From a virus, in IMG/VR virus record IMGVR_UViG_3300045412_000261, positions 1 to 64,000 of that record: a stretch of 64,000 bases of DNA. One strand, written 5' to 3'. The position numbers were made by a program, and so were the translations under genes. Under the pieces are notes generated by a model. The model was given only the letters and a program-made list of their open reading frames with translations, ran no database searches and was not told the DNA's origin. The first letter of the stretch is position 1. Each line of letters starts with the position of its first letter. Positions 19,209 through 28,743 of the stretch are shown piece by piece.

Positions 19209-20248
19209 GATTCTTTTGTTATTCCGTCTAGGTTTGCTAAAATGTTATAAAAATGTAATACAAAATTCTGCGGGGAATACAAATCAATCAATGTCTCCCT
19301 CACATTATTATTAATATCTTTAACATCATTATTGTTCAATGATAGTAGAACATCAATAAGATCATTTAAATCATCCCAATTATTATTACATGCAAAATAA
19401 GTCTCTCTATCAATGTAAGGATTAGGAGTAGTAATGACATTATCCATGAAAGGCTTAATTAATATACATCCCATATTCCATATCTCAAAATCTCTAAAAC
19501 ATATCTCACCCATGCCAAAAGGAGATACAGCACATTTACTCTTAATCAATCCTAATCTATAATCTTCAGGACTAAGCCTACCGGAAACGACATTATAGGT
19601 ATCGCCCAATCTATCCAACTCCACCAAGCTCCGCTTTCTATGTCTATTATAATATAAATCGTTGCGAATTCCAAAGTCATAATTCTCCTTATGATCCGCT
19701 TGATAAACTGCAAATACATCATATTCTTTTTTTACTTCATGATTCGCAAATTGAACATATTGAGGATGATAGTACCCGAGATTATAACCAGATAAAACAA
19801 TGTCATCATATCTTTTTACATCATAGGATATCTTGTCCTCCGGGCCGGCATACATGTTCCACCATTCTTTACCCAATGGAGATGGAATGCTATATACATC
19901 TTTACTATATTTTTGATTCTTTATTAATCTCTCTGCATTGCTATTCTCAAATACATCATAAGACCCTAAAATAGATGGAGAATCAGAACCATCATATAAC
20001 ATGTATCTCCCATCTATCTCATGTAATCTTCCCAATCCATAATCAATAGACTCCTGTAAAGACTTCGCCCGCCGGTTAATGAAACACTCGTCACCTAAAA
20101 TGCTTATATCCCAACTGTCTATCCTATGATCCCCAGCAATAATAAAATCTATTCCTACATCATTGAACAAATCTTTATACATCAAAAATCCTCTATATGT
20201 AGCTTTATTTCTACCTATATTATCATCAACTAATCTAATACGTAACAT
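19205..20248 (-). CDS. GT-B glycosyltransferase (exostosin/Glyco_trans_1_2-like)
   Basis: Y...L..SKCAVSPFGMGEICFRDFE...GCILIKP. Confidence 0.75.
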   Translation of the reverse strand: MLRIRLVDDNIGRNKATYRGFLMYKDLFNDVGIDFIIAGDHRIDSWDISILGDECFINRRAKSLQESIDYGLGRLHEIDGRYMLYDGSDSPSILGSYDVFENSNAERLIKNQKYSKDVYSIPSPLGKEWWNMYAGPEDKISYDVKRYDDIVLSGYNLGYYHPQYVQFANHEVKKEYDVFAVYQADHKENYDFGIRNDLYYNRHRKRSLVELDRLGDTYNVVSGRLSPEDYRLGLIKSKCAVSPFGMGEICFRDFEIWNMGCILIKPFMDNVITTPNPYIDRETYFACNNNWDDLNDLIDVLLSLNNNDVKDINNNVRETLIDLYSPQNFVLHFYNILANLDGITKES

Positions 20249-20277
20249 AAGTTCAACATTAATAGGAATAATCCTTA

Positions 20278-21048
20278 TTATAATTTAGAATACATTTCAT
20301 TTTGACTAATCTGCTTATCTAAACTCTTAACATGTAATAAAGACCAATTCCACTCATCCGGAATAGCAGAATAGTGTGAATACCCTGTAATTACTTCATG
20401 CACTTTATTCTTAAATCTAATATGGTCTTTATTCCTATATATCCTAGTTTGATAATCCGGAAAATTAATAATAGGATTATGATATACCACCATTCTATTA
20501 GTACCTTTATCATCTATCTTATAATCTTCCTTTATCAAATTATTCATCTCAAGTATCTTATATAAATCACTGTATATACTTATAGGCTCTGGAGTAGATA
20601 CAACAGCTTCTTCATGTTTACTAATTTTCCATCCCCATTGGTTAATCCATTCTTGCGTAATGTTATTTACAATGTTTATTCTTGGAACGGCAATCATTTC
20701 CATGTTTTCATTAATTTCCAACAATTCTTTCACATTATATAACAAATACGGATTCAATAATTCATCCGCATCAATTTGAAAAATCCATTCACCTCTTGCA
20801 TGTTCAAATAAATTGTTCTTAAATGTAGCAAAATCACCGTTCAATGAAAAATTTACATGTTTAATAGAATCCGAAATGTCATGATTTTTTATAACATGCA
20901 GAACATCTTTAGTAACCTTTGAAGAGTCAGTCTGAACTATAATTTCCGTATCTATTCCTAAAACACCTTCTAACTGGGATAGGAGGATAAATAGCTCTTC
21001 GTTTTCATTACAAGCCGTTACACAATAAGACAAAAATATATTATCCAA
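20278..21048 (-). CDS. GT2-family glycosyltransferase
   Basis: SYCVTACNE, FATFKN, EWIFQIDADE, PDYQTRIYRN and KVHE. Confidence 0.88.
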   Translation of the reverse strand: MDNIFLSYCVTACNENEELFILLSQLEGVLGIDTEIIVQTDSSKVTKDVLHVIKNHDISDSIKHVNFSLNGDFATFKNNLFEHARGEWIFQIDADELLNPYLLYNVKELLEINENMEMIAVPRINIVNNITQEWINQWGWKISKHEEAVVSTPEPISIYSDLYKILEMNNLIKEDYKIDDKGTNRMVVYHNPIINFPDYQTRIYRNKDHIRFKNKVHEVITGYSHYSAIPDEWNWSLLHVKSLDKQISQNEMYSKL

Positions 21049-21508
21049 TTTCTCTATATTTTGGAGCGTTTAATTCATATAGTTTCTCAAAAGCAAAGCG
21101 GAATCCATCGGCCTCAAACTCAAAGGCATTATCCACATCTACTTTCCTTTTTATCTTGGCATTAGGGTAGGACTTAATATCATCATCGGTAAAGTCTACA
21201 ATAGCACATACTTTCCATACGAGTTTTCTTTCATTGCTCTCATCTGGAAAAATAACCGCCGTGTCCAAAGAAAATACAAAAGGATACCATACACAATTAT
21301 CAACGTCGATATGCCTCTTGTCAATGCAAATCCGGGGCAGCGTCGACTCATACTGAATCTGATTATCCGATCCTAGAACAAGACTTGAGTCCGTATAGTA
21401 GCCGCTGCCCATACAAAGTTTAGTAAGCAACCCAGAATCAGAAAGTTCTACAATAACTTCGTCTTTACCTGTTATAGGAGACTTTTCTTCTAATGTTTGA
21501 TCAATCAT
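21041..21508 (-). CDS. hypothetical protein
   Basis: 155-aa ORF overlapping both neighbours. Confidence 0.6.
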   Translation of the reverse strand: MIDQTLEEKSPITGKDEVIVELSDSGLLTKLCMGSGYYTDSSLVLGSDNQIQYESTLPRICIDKRHIDVDNCVWYPFVFSLDTAVIFPDESNERKLVWKVCAIVDFTDDDIKSYPNAKIKRKVDVDNAFEFEADGFRFAFEKLYELNAPKYREIG

Positions 21509-22791
21509 TTTACTAATTTTAGTTTTGGTAAATTTAATTTATTTAATTTTGGCTGTTTTGAAACTTCTGTTTCTATAGAGTCTAATAAATGCTCTAATTT
21601 ATCTACCATTTTTTCAAAAGTAAAATGAGCTATGGTGTGTAATCTCTGCTTTTCTGCGTTCTCTTTGTGTTTGTTATAATTAGTAAACACATCTGCAATA
21701 ACCCCAGCAGCATACATATAATCTACAGTAAACCATTTTGATTCCTGTATAAACCAATCATTAAGTACGGACCTATCAATAGGTTCCAATCGGCCTGGAA
21801 GTAAAGAAGTATATTTCGGGTGGAGAAAATCCAAGTGTCCTGACCAATTAGAAGCAATAATAGGTTTTCCAGTAACGGAGAACTCTGCTAAAGGTCTTCC
21901 GTATCCTTCACCTTTAGTAAATGAAATCATTGCTTTAATTTTAGGATTGTTATACAAATTATTCATTTCATCATCTGATAATTCACCATGTACAATGTAT
22001 ATATTTGGACCTGATTCTCCATCAGTTATAGATCTTATTTTAGACTGTATTTCATTTAAATCCCCTATTGAATAATTTCCTCCACTCGTTTTTAATATTA
22101 ATGCAGGTCTATTTTTTTCCGGCATTCTTTTAAATGTATCAAAAAATACCTTTATCATGGCTCCCACATTCTTTCTATCATTTCCAAAAGAACCATTTAA
22201 CCAATGGCCTACAAATAGATAACAGAAATCTTCTTTAATATCATCTAATAAGCTCACATTTGCATCAGGATTAACTTTATTACTATATATGGTAGTATCA
22301 ACTCCCTCAAATAAAATCTCTCGTCTCAGCCCGTCTCTGAGCTTTAAAGTTCCTTCTAATTGATTAGTGTTTTTATTTACTTTATCAAATACAGAATCTT
22401 CTATTACATCAAGAGAATGTTTTGATGTTGCAATGAGCATATCCATGTTATTACATCCTTCAATCCATTTAGGTGCGCACATATCTGTCTCAATTCCTGC
22501 GGTAAAACCTATATTATATTTTCCACACCTAACAAATTCATTAGGTATCGTTAGCTGTATGAAAATATCATCATTAGCATCTGTCTTAGGTACTATTCTT
22601 TTTATAATCTCTAAATCATTAGGATTATTTTTATCCAAAGCATTTGTAGGAGTATTTCCCCAGGCTGTGGATACAATTTTTAAATCGTACTTGTCAGATA
22701 AAGCTATTAAAGCCCATGCAATATCTCTTCCATGTGCTCCATATCCAGAAGATGTATATACAGGTGCGACTAAAGTTACTTTCTTTTTCAT
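21505..22791 (-). CDS. GT4-family glycosyltransferase
   Basis: SGYG, RKN and KGEGYGRPLAEF...KPIIASNWSGHLDF. Confidence 0.9.
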   Translation of the reverse strand: MKKKVTLVAPVYTSSGYGAHGRDIAWALIALSDKYDLKIVSTAWGNTPTNALDKNNPNDLEIIKRIVPKTDANDDIFIQLTIPNEFVRCGKYNIGFTAGIETDMCAPKWIEGCNNMDMLIATSKHSLDVIEDSVFDKVNKNTNQLEGTLKLRDGLRREILFEGVDTTIYSNKVNPDANVSLLDDIKEDFCYLFVGHWLNGSFGNDRKNVGAMIKVFFDTFKRMPEKNRPALILKTSGGNYSIGDLNEIQSKIRSITDGESGPNIYIVHGELSDDEMNNLYNNPKIKAMISFTKGEGYGRPLAEFSVTGKPIIASNWSGHLDFLHPKYTSLLPGRLEPIDRSVLNDWFIQESKWFTVDYMYAAGVIADVFTNYNKHKENAEKQRLHTIAHFTFEKMVDKLEHLLDSIETEVSKQPKLNKLNLPKLKLVK

Positions 22792-24281
22792 AAAATTCCT
22801 ATTGCTTTATTAGTTTTTTCAGGAGTTATTTTGTGAATAGAAAATTTAGATCTAGGTTTCCAATTTTCTAGGGCTATTCCTATATTTTTTATAAATCTAT
22901 TGCTCATTTCTTCGGCGGACATTCCCACTTCTGGATTTAGAGCAAAGGTAATTCCATTCATACCTAATCCCTTTCTTTCCTCTCTTGGTTTTTGATACCA
23001 ATAAAAAAGACCTTCAGCTACATCTTCAAAAGACACTCTATCGTCAAAAATATAAGGAGTTGCCGGTGATCCTTGCAAAGACCTGTTACTAGGAAATATA
23101 GGATATGCCCAATTCCCATGAGTTTTATAAACTCCAGAATGATTAGTGGGGAAATCTTTTGTGAATTTTATATATTTTCCTTTCTTATCAACAAATCCGC
23201 ATTGGTCTTGGAGACCTCCTGTTACATTGTTTATAATTGGGGTGCCCGCCATAAGAGCTTCTGCTCCTGATAATCCAAATCCCTCATTTGATGCTATATT
23301 TACTACCACATCGGCAAAATTATACCAAAAATTTAAAGTTTTAGTATCTATTTTTTTATCAGAAAAAATAACTTTACCAGAAGGATTTATTGCTTTTACA
23401 GTGGCTATTAAATCAGTTCCATTTCCGTCTATTGGATCTGTATGCATTACTAAAACACATCTCTCTGCTTTTTCAGGAGTTAATTTTTCGCAGAATTTAC
23501 TAAATGCTAAAACAACATCTCCTGGTTGTTTTCTTCTAATATTTCTATTATTCCAAAATACTAAATAATCTGTAGGAGTTTCTTTTTTAAACTCAGAAAT
23601 GTACTTTTCATATTCATCAAATACTTGACTTTTTGAAGTAATTTTATAAATATGTTTATTGTTTATACCATGAGGAATGTAGGCTGTATAAGTCGTATTA
23701 TTTGAAAATGATGTCGGTAATCCTAAATCCAAATCATGAAATTTATAATCATTTTCTTCTAAGACTACATTAACTAAATTGTGAGTTTGTTTTGATATGT
23801 TGAAAATAAAATCGCATGATGCATAAAATTCCGCATTCCAATGAGGATATGGTAAATCATCCCATATATTATAATACATCAAAGGAATTGTTGTTCTAAT
23901 TTCTCTTTCCATTGCGTATAACCATTCCCAAAATCTAGGATCTGTAAAATGTAATATTGCATCAGGAGATTCTCTAGATATAATTTCCCTAAGTTTTTGT
24001 GGATCTCCATAGCCATTATTTGGATATATAAGTACGCTAGCATCGTCTATACCCATTTCTTTGTTTACGTCCTCTGAGACATCTATAATTTTTCCAGAAT
24101 CTGGATTTTTTATAGCTGCTCCTAATTGAACCCAATCGAAATACTTTGCTGTACCAACTACAATTTCTCTAGACATTACTCCGATACCTGAGTTTAGCCT
24201 TAAGTCATCGGATAAAAGCAGTATTTTTTTCTTCTTAGGCCTATTGGTAATTTTTCTTAATTTTGGTAATTCAAAATTCAT
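22788..24281 (-). CDS. GT4-family glycosyltransferase
   Basis: IPHGI, NRNIRRK and NEGFGLSGAEALMAGTPII..VTGGL. Confidence 0.9.
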   Translation of the reverse strand: MNFELPKLRKITNRPKKKKILLLSDDLRLNSGIGVMSREIVVGTAKYFDWVQLGAAIKNPDSGKIIDVSEDVNKEMGIDDASVLIYPNNGYGDPQKLREIISRESPDAILHFTDPRFWEWLYAMEREIRTTIPLMYYNIWDDLPYPHWNAEFYASCDFIFNISKQTHNLVNVVLEENDYKFHDLDLGLPTSFSNNTTYTAYIPHGINNKHIYKITSKSQVFDEYEKYISEFKKETPTDYLVFWNNRNIRRKQPGDVVLAFSKFCEKLTPEKAERCVLVMHTDPIDGNGTDLIATVKAINPSGKVIFSDKKIDTKTLNFWYNFADVVVNIASNEGFGLSGAEALMAGTPIINNVTGGLQDQCGFVDKKGKYIKFTKDFPTNHSGVYKTHGNWAYPIFPSNRSLQGSPATPYIFDDRVSFEDVAEGLFYWYQKPREERKGLGMNGITFALNPEVGMSAEEMSNRFIKNIGIALENWKPRSKFSIHKITPEKTNKAIGIL

Positions 24282-24298
24282 AATATATAATTTATAAT

Positions 24299-25252
24299 TT
24301 ACAATCTAGATTCGGGTGAGCAGAGGTCATGTTTTTCATTAAATTCGCAATAAGTACAATTAAAACAATTGTGTCCAGATATTGCGGTATATTCCATATC
24401 TATTTTATAGTTACCTTGTTTATCAAATACTGTCTTTACAAATGTTTTGAAGGTATCTAAGGCTAATGTTGTACTTTTTTTTGATTGAGCTGGTTTGAAA
24501 ATTTGTACTCTTTGCAAAGGAAAATCATAAGCATCCGCTATTCTTCGAACTATAGTAAATCTGCTATCTATATCATCGTATTCTATATCTAAACTCTTAG
24601 ACAAAAAGGCCTTATATAATAAAATCTGAGATGTTTTTATTTTATCTTTTTTTGAATAAGAACTCCACCCCTTTCCTGATGTCTTTATATCATCTATAAT
24701 TAATTTATTGCTTACCTTGTCATAAAATAATAAGTCGATAAATAAAATAAAATAGAGAGGCTCCTCTGAATTTATTATTTTTATCACCAGAGGAACCTCA
24801 ACACCTAATAGTGTCCAATTATGTCTATCGTAATATTGATCGTGATTACTTCTTATATGATTTAAAATATTAACACCTTGCTCCCAAAATTCTGATAATT
24901 CAGAACTTGTTGAAAAATGTTTTCCGTAATTATTATAATCTCTCTTATATATCTCTTTTATTTTATTTTTTAACTCTGTACTAAAATCAATAATATCTTT
25001 ATTTTCATTATTAGGACTATGATAAGAAATTAAGTATTCTTGAAGAACTTCATGAAATGCTGTTCCAAAACTCATGTGAATAGACGGAGGTCTAGTTCCT
25101 AATTTCAAGGCATAACTTAAAAACCATTTTTTAGGACATTGACTATACATATGAAATTGAGAAAAAGAAACGTGTTTGTGAGGTTTTTGTTTTATATCAT
25201 TTGCAAAAACTATAGCCTCATCTAACTTTATTTTTAAATCTTCCAAAACCAT
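24299..25252 (-). CDS. PD-(D/E)XK Cas4/RecB-like exonuclease
   Basis: SFSQ...CP, FGTAFHEVLQ, E, IDL, DDIKT, QILLY and C-terminal CxxCxxC...C Fe-S ligands. Confidence 0.85.
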   Translation of the reverse strand: MVLEDLKIKLDEAIVFANDIKQKPHKHVSFSQFHMYSQCPKKWFLSYALKLGTRPPSIHMSFGTAFHEVLQEYLISYHSPNNENKDIIDFSTELKNKIKEIYKRDYNNYGKHFSTSSELSEFWEQGVNILNHIRSNHDQYYDRHNWTLLGVEVPLVIKIINSEEPLYFILFIDLLFYDKVSNKLIIDDIKTSGKGWSSYSKKDKIKTSQILLYKAFLSKSLDIEYDDIDSRFTIVRRIADAYDFPLQRVQIFKPAQSKKSTTLALDTFKTFVKTVFDKQGNYKIDMEYTAISGHNCFNCTYCEFNEKHDLCSPESRL

Positions 25253-25262
25253 TTATTTTTGA

Positions 25263-25484
25263 TTATGCCAATTTTTCCATGTCTATAGCTTCTCCACAAG
25301 AATCACATATAAAAACAGGAATGGTAACAATCTTATCTTTAGTTGTTCCTGTATATAATTTACTTATTTTTTTAAGCATTATTACTTGCTTGAAGTATTC
25401 TGATTCGCATGAATCGCAGCAAATTCCATCCAATTGATCTGATGTTATTTGCATTTTTGCGGGCTCTATAGGAGGTAAATTCAT
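25263..25484 (-). CDS. small zinc-ribbon protein
   Basis: CDSC...F.CDSCG. Confidence 0.7.
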   Translation of the reverse strand: MNLPPIEPAKMQITSDQLDGICCDSCESEYFKQVIMLKKISKLYTGTTKDKIVTIPVFICDSCGEAIDMEKLA

Positions 25485-25560
25485 TTATTTAGTTTTTAGT
25501 AGAAAACATTAAAATTACTAAAAGGTTTAAAATCTAATATAAATAGTTAATATTTATTAT

Positions 25561-27918
25561 TTAATGTCCTTCTTGCCAATTTTTAGATAATTCTGGAGGG
25601 GCTTTTAAAGCTATACTTAATTTAGTAGAATTTTCCATAATATTTTGAACTATTTCTAAAGCTTCTTCTTTTCTCGGTTCCTCTACTTTAAATATTAATT
25701 GGTCATGAATCTGTGCAACAACGAGTCCTTTTATGCCTCTTTTTATAAATTCTCTATTAACTAATAAGGCGGACTTATTTACTATGTGTGCAGCCATAGA
25801 TTGTATCTGAATATTCTTAGCATTATTTAAACCGTTTTTGTAATCTCTATACATATCTAACACTTCCTTTTCGCCAAAATGTCTTTTCAAACTTTCTCTA
25901 AAATCGTAATCGAGTAATTCATCTTTATATTTAGTATAATATTCTTTTACTTTAGGTAAATGCCTTATCCTACCAGATTGACATTTTATATATCCATTAT
26001 CTTTTACAAAATTTTCGCTCTCTACCATCCATTTTTTAAGTTCTGGGTAGGCATTTAAATATCCGTCTATTAGAGATTGAGCTTCTTTTGTAGAAACATT
26101 TATAGTCTTCGCTAAAGCAAAAGCAGACATACCATAAGGAATGCCTAGAGAATAACTCTTAGCTTTATTTCTTAAAGTTTTATTTGCTTTTTTTAAAAAA
26201 TTACTATCTTCCGGATCCGCTGAATATTGTGATAATTTTTCCGTATCTATAGCAATACGAGAATAAAAATCCCAATTCTTCCTAAATATATCTCTAAGAC
26301 CTTCGTCTCCACTTATATGAGCGAATATGTGAGGTTCTAAACTAACATAATCACAGTCTATAAAGGTAGTCCCATCATCGCAAATGAAAAAGGTTCTAAT
26401 CATATTAGTGTATTTATACACTCTTGGGTCCACGCCTTGATCAGATTCAAATGGTCTAGGTAATTGTTGAGCATCGCTGCTATACCTACCGGAAACAGTT
26501 CCATGTTGTTGATAGTAAAAATAGTATCTGCCGTCTTCACAACTATCTAAGAATCTGTCCATATAAGCTGATTTTAATTTATTCAACTTATTGTAAATAG
26601 TTAGCTTTTTACTCCACTCATATTTATCGCTTATAGATTCTACGAAAGATTCATTAAATTGAGCTGCACCTTTATCTGTATAAGTTATAGGTTTTTCATT
26701 TAAAAAATCAAAGACAAAAGAAGCTAATTGCTGTTTAGAGTTTATATTTATAAGTTCATTATCATTTGCTTTTTTCCAAAGATTGACAGATGAAAAGGCT
26801 AATAATTTTTTAAGATTATCTGAAAGAGTGCATGAGTCAAATGTTTCTCCCAAAAGATATCTTTTTATTTCACCGTCAGGCAATGATATAACTTTATTTT
26901 TTAATATTTTTATTTCATTTTTATCATTTAAAAAATGATTAGATATACCGGCTAGTTTTACAAGTTCTATTAAAATAGCCCCTCTTGCTGGAATCCATGT
27001 ACCATTTTCTTTATTAAATGGTGGATATTTGGTATTAGCTGTGGAATAAACCCAATTTTTAAACTCTATAGATTCTTTTAAAGAAGAGTATACTTCTTCT
27101 TTTAATTTTTTAATATCATCGATAATATCTTTTTGAGCCTGCTTTATTTTTTCAAAATCCATTAAAATTCCTTCTCTTTCCATAGGTACTGTAACTTCTT
27201 TGTATAAAGGCATTACTTCAATATTATAAAAAAAGTCTTTGAGTCCTTCTTTTTCTAAAATTTTAGAGAAGAGTAAATAAATTCTTAATGTTAAGTCTGT
27301 ATCCGCACAAGCATATTTTGATAATATATCTAAATCAGCTTTATATATTTCAAAATTATCTTGAGTTATTAATCCTCCATTGTTTTTTACAGACTCCTTC
27401 ATTAAAATTTGTTCTTCGTTTGCCTCTTTATCTACATCTAAATCTATGTACTTTTGAACAAGTTTTCCAATAGATTTAAGAGCGAAAGGTCTACCATAAC
27501 CGATGGATCCTTCTTCTCTAGTTGTGTGAACTAATAAGATGGTATCTGCATGTAGAGATGGTAATAAGTCAATTCCATAATTACTTAATACAATAGAAGT
27601 ATCATAAGAAGCATTGTGCATTATTAGCTTTTTGCCTATTAATTTATTAATAAGACCTTTAGCTAATTTAACATTACTGTATGAATCTATGGACAAAGAA
27701 AGTAATTCTTGTCTTTCTACCGACCATTCATAGGTAGGTAAATAATAAGATATTCCTGGCTCAAAACCAAAAGATATACCTACGATAAGATCTTTTCTTA
27801 CATTCAGGCCTGTAGATTCTACATCAAAACTTATGATTGTATGAGTATTTATCCTATCGGCTAAATCCTTTACTTCTTCTAAGTTTCTGCATGTAATGTA
27901 TTTTTTTATAATTGCCAT
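25561..27918 (-). CDS. polA: DNA polymerase family A (3'-5' exonuclease + polymerase)
   Basis: Exo motifs FDVES, HNASYD and YACAD; SGRYSS; motif A DYVSLEP; motif B RNKAKSYSLGIPYG; motif C QIHDQ. Confidence 0.95.
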   Translation of the reverse strand: MAIIKKYITCRNLEEVKDLADRINTHTIISFDVESTGLNVRKDLIVGISFGFEPGISYYLPTYEWSVERQELLSLSIDSYSNVKLAKGLINKLIGKKLIMHNASYDTSIVLSNYGIDLLPSLHADTILLVHTTREEGSIGYGRPFALKSIGKLVQKYIDLDVDKEANEEQILMKESVKNNGGLITQDNFEIYKADLDILSKYACADTDLTLRIYLLFSKILEKEGLKDFFYNIEVMPLYKEVTVPMEREGILMDFEKIKQAQKDIIDDIKKLKEEVYSSLKESIEFKNWVYSTANTKYPPFNKENGTWIPARGAILIELVKLAGISNHFLNDKNEIKILKNKVISLPDGEIKRYLLGETFDSCTLSDNLKKLLAFSSVNLWKKANDNELININSKQQLASFVFDFLNEKPITYTDKGAAQFNESFVESISDKYEWSKKLTIYNKLNKLKSAYMDRFLDSCEDGRYYFYYQQHGTVSGRYSSDAQQLPRPFESDQGVDPRVYKYTNMIRTFFICDDGTTFIDCDYVSLEPHIFAHISGDEGLRDIFRKNWDFYSRIAIDTEKLSQYSADPEDSNFLKKANKTLRNKAKSYSLGIPYGMSAFALAKTINVSTKEAQSLIDGYLNAYPELKKWMVESENFVKDNGYIKCQSGRIRHLPKVKEYYTKYKDELLDYDFRESLKRHFGEKEVLDMYRDYKNGLNNAKNIQIQSMAAHIVNKSALLVNREFIKRGIKGLVVAQIHDQLIFKVEEPRKEEALEIVQNIMENSTKLSIALKAPPELSKNWQEGH

Positions 27919-27941
27919 AACCTTTTTATAAAATTAAAATA

Positions 27942-28394
27942 CTATAAATAATTTTCAATAAATTTTAACATTTCCTCTATTGTTGCATCGTTTCTTCCCA
28001 TATTAGCAAAGACAGTAGTTAAAACAACATTATCTACACGATACCCAATACTGTTATCTAGTCTATCTAAACTAGGTTTTCTTAATTTATCTTTCATAGT
28101 AAAATCTATTGGTATATTTAACCAGTAACACATACCATTTTGTTTTTCTTTCAATTTTTCTAAAAAATCTCCGTTTATGTTTTTATCCTTGTAACGCTTT
28201 TCTTTTACATCCTCAGTAGTATTGCTATCTTTACTTTTATGCTCTCTGCTAATTAAAGTAGAAATTATTCTATATTTCCAATTAGTGTTATAGCAATTTT
28301 TACATTCTTTTCTTCTTTTTCCTTTTCCTCGAAGATTAAAATCCGAATCATCTTTTTCGATATTACAACTAGCACATATCTTCATAAAATACAC
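27942..28394 (-). CDS. HNH-like / zinc-finger endonuclease (possible homing endonuclease)
   Basis: CASC...CKNC, KQNGMCY and PSLDRLDNSIGY..DNVVL...N. Confidence 0.7.
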   Translation of the reverse strand: MYFMKICASCNIEKDDSDFNLRGKGKRRKECKNCYNTNWKYRIISTLISREHKSKDSNTTEDVKEKRYKDKNINGDFLEKLKEKQNGMCYWLNIPIDFTMKDKLRKPSLDRLDNSIGYRVDNVVLTTVFANMGRNDATIEEMLKFIENYL

Positions 28395-28667
28395 TTAATC
28401 TTTTAAGTCGTCGAAATCAGTCCATTTTTTATCTCTTAAAATCAATACAGCATAACCTATTAAATCAACTATATCATTTTTTCTTAATTCAGGGGATGTT
28501 TGAATTCTTTTTAATTTATCATCAATCCTATATCCATATCTATGCTTATCTGTAAAAATGTTTAATGGAGAATCTGCTGCTCCATTATATTTAGCATCTT
28601 TGTATAGAACTAAATCTTTTAAATTATCAAAGATATCTCTTAAGTTTTTTTCTTTTGGGTCAATCAT
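28395..28667 (-). CDS. DUF1599-like (nucleotide-modification-associated) protein
   Basis: K...Y....PLNIF...RIDDKLKRI...D.VDLIGYAVL. Confidence 0.65.
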   Translation of the reverse strand: MIDPKEKNLRDIFDNLKDLVLYKDAKYNGAADSPLNIFTDKHRYGYRIDDKLKRIQTSPELRKNDIVDLIGYAVLILRDKKWTDFDDLKD

Positions 28668-28708
28668 ACTTTTTTATATTAATAACCAAATAACAAAATA
28701 ATAGTTTT

Positions 28709-28734
28709 AAAAAGAGAGGCTAAAAAGCCTCTCT
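28709..28734 (-). terminator. intrinsic terminator downstream of nrdA
   Basis: Perfect 8-bp stem AGAGAGGC/GCCTCTCT followed by a T run on the - strand. Confidence 0.75.
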
Positions 28735-28743
28735 AATTTTATA

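Noticed and set aside
9036-24281. Host-derived LPS/capsule locus (bacterial contamination or prophage flank)
   Set aside because: No transport, polymerase or NDP-sugar genes; contiguous and co-oriented with phage replication genes and interleaved with phage-type ORFs
24299-25252. Cas4 as evidence of a CRISPR-Cas system
   Set aside because: No other cas genes or array; solo Cas4-like nucleases are common in phage replication modules
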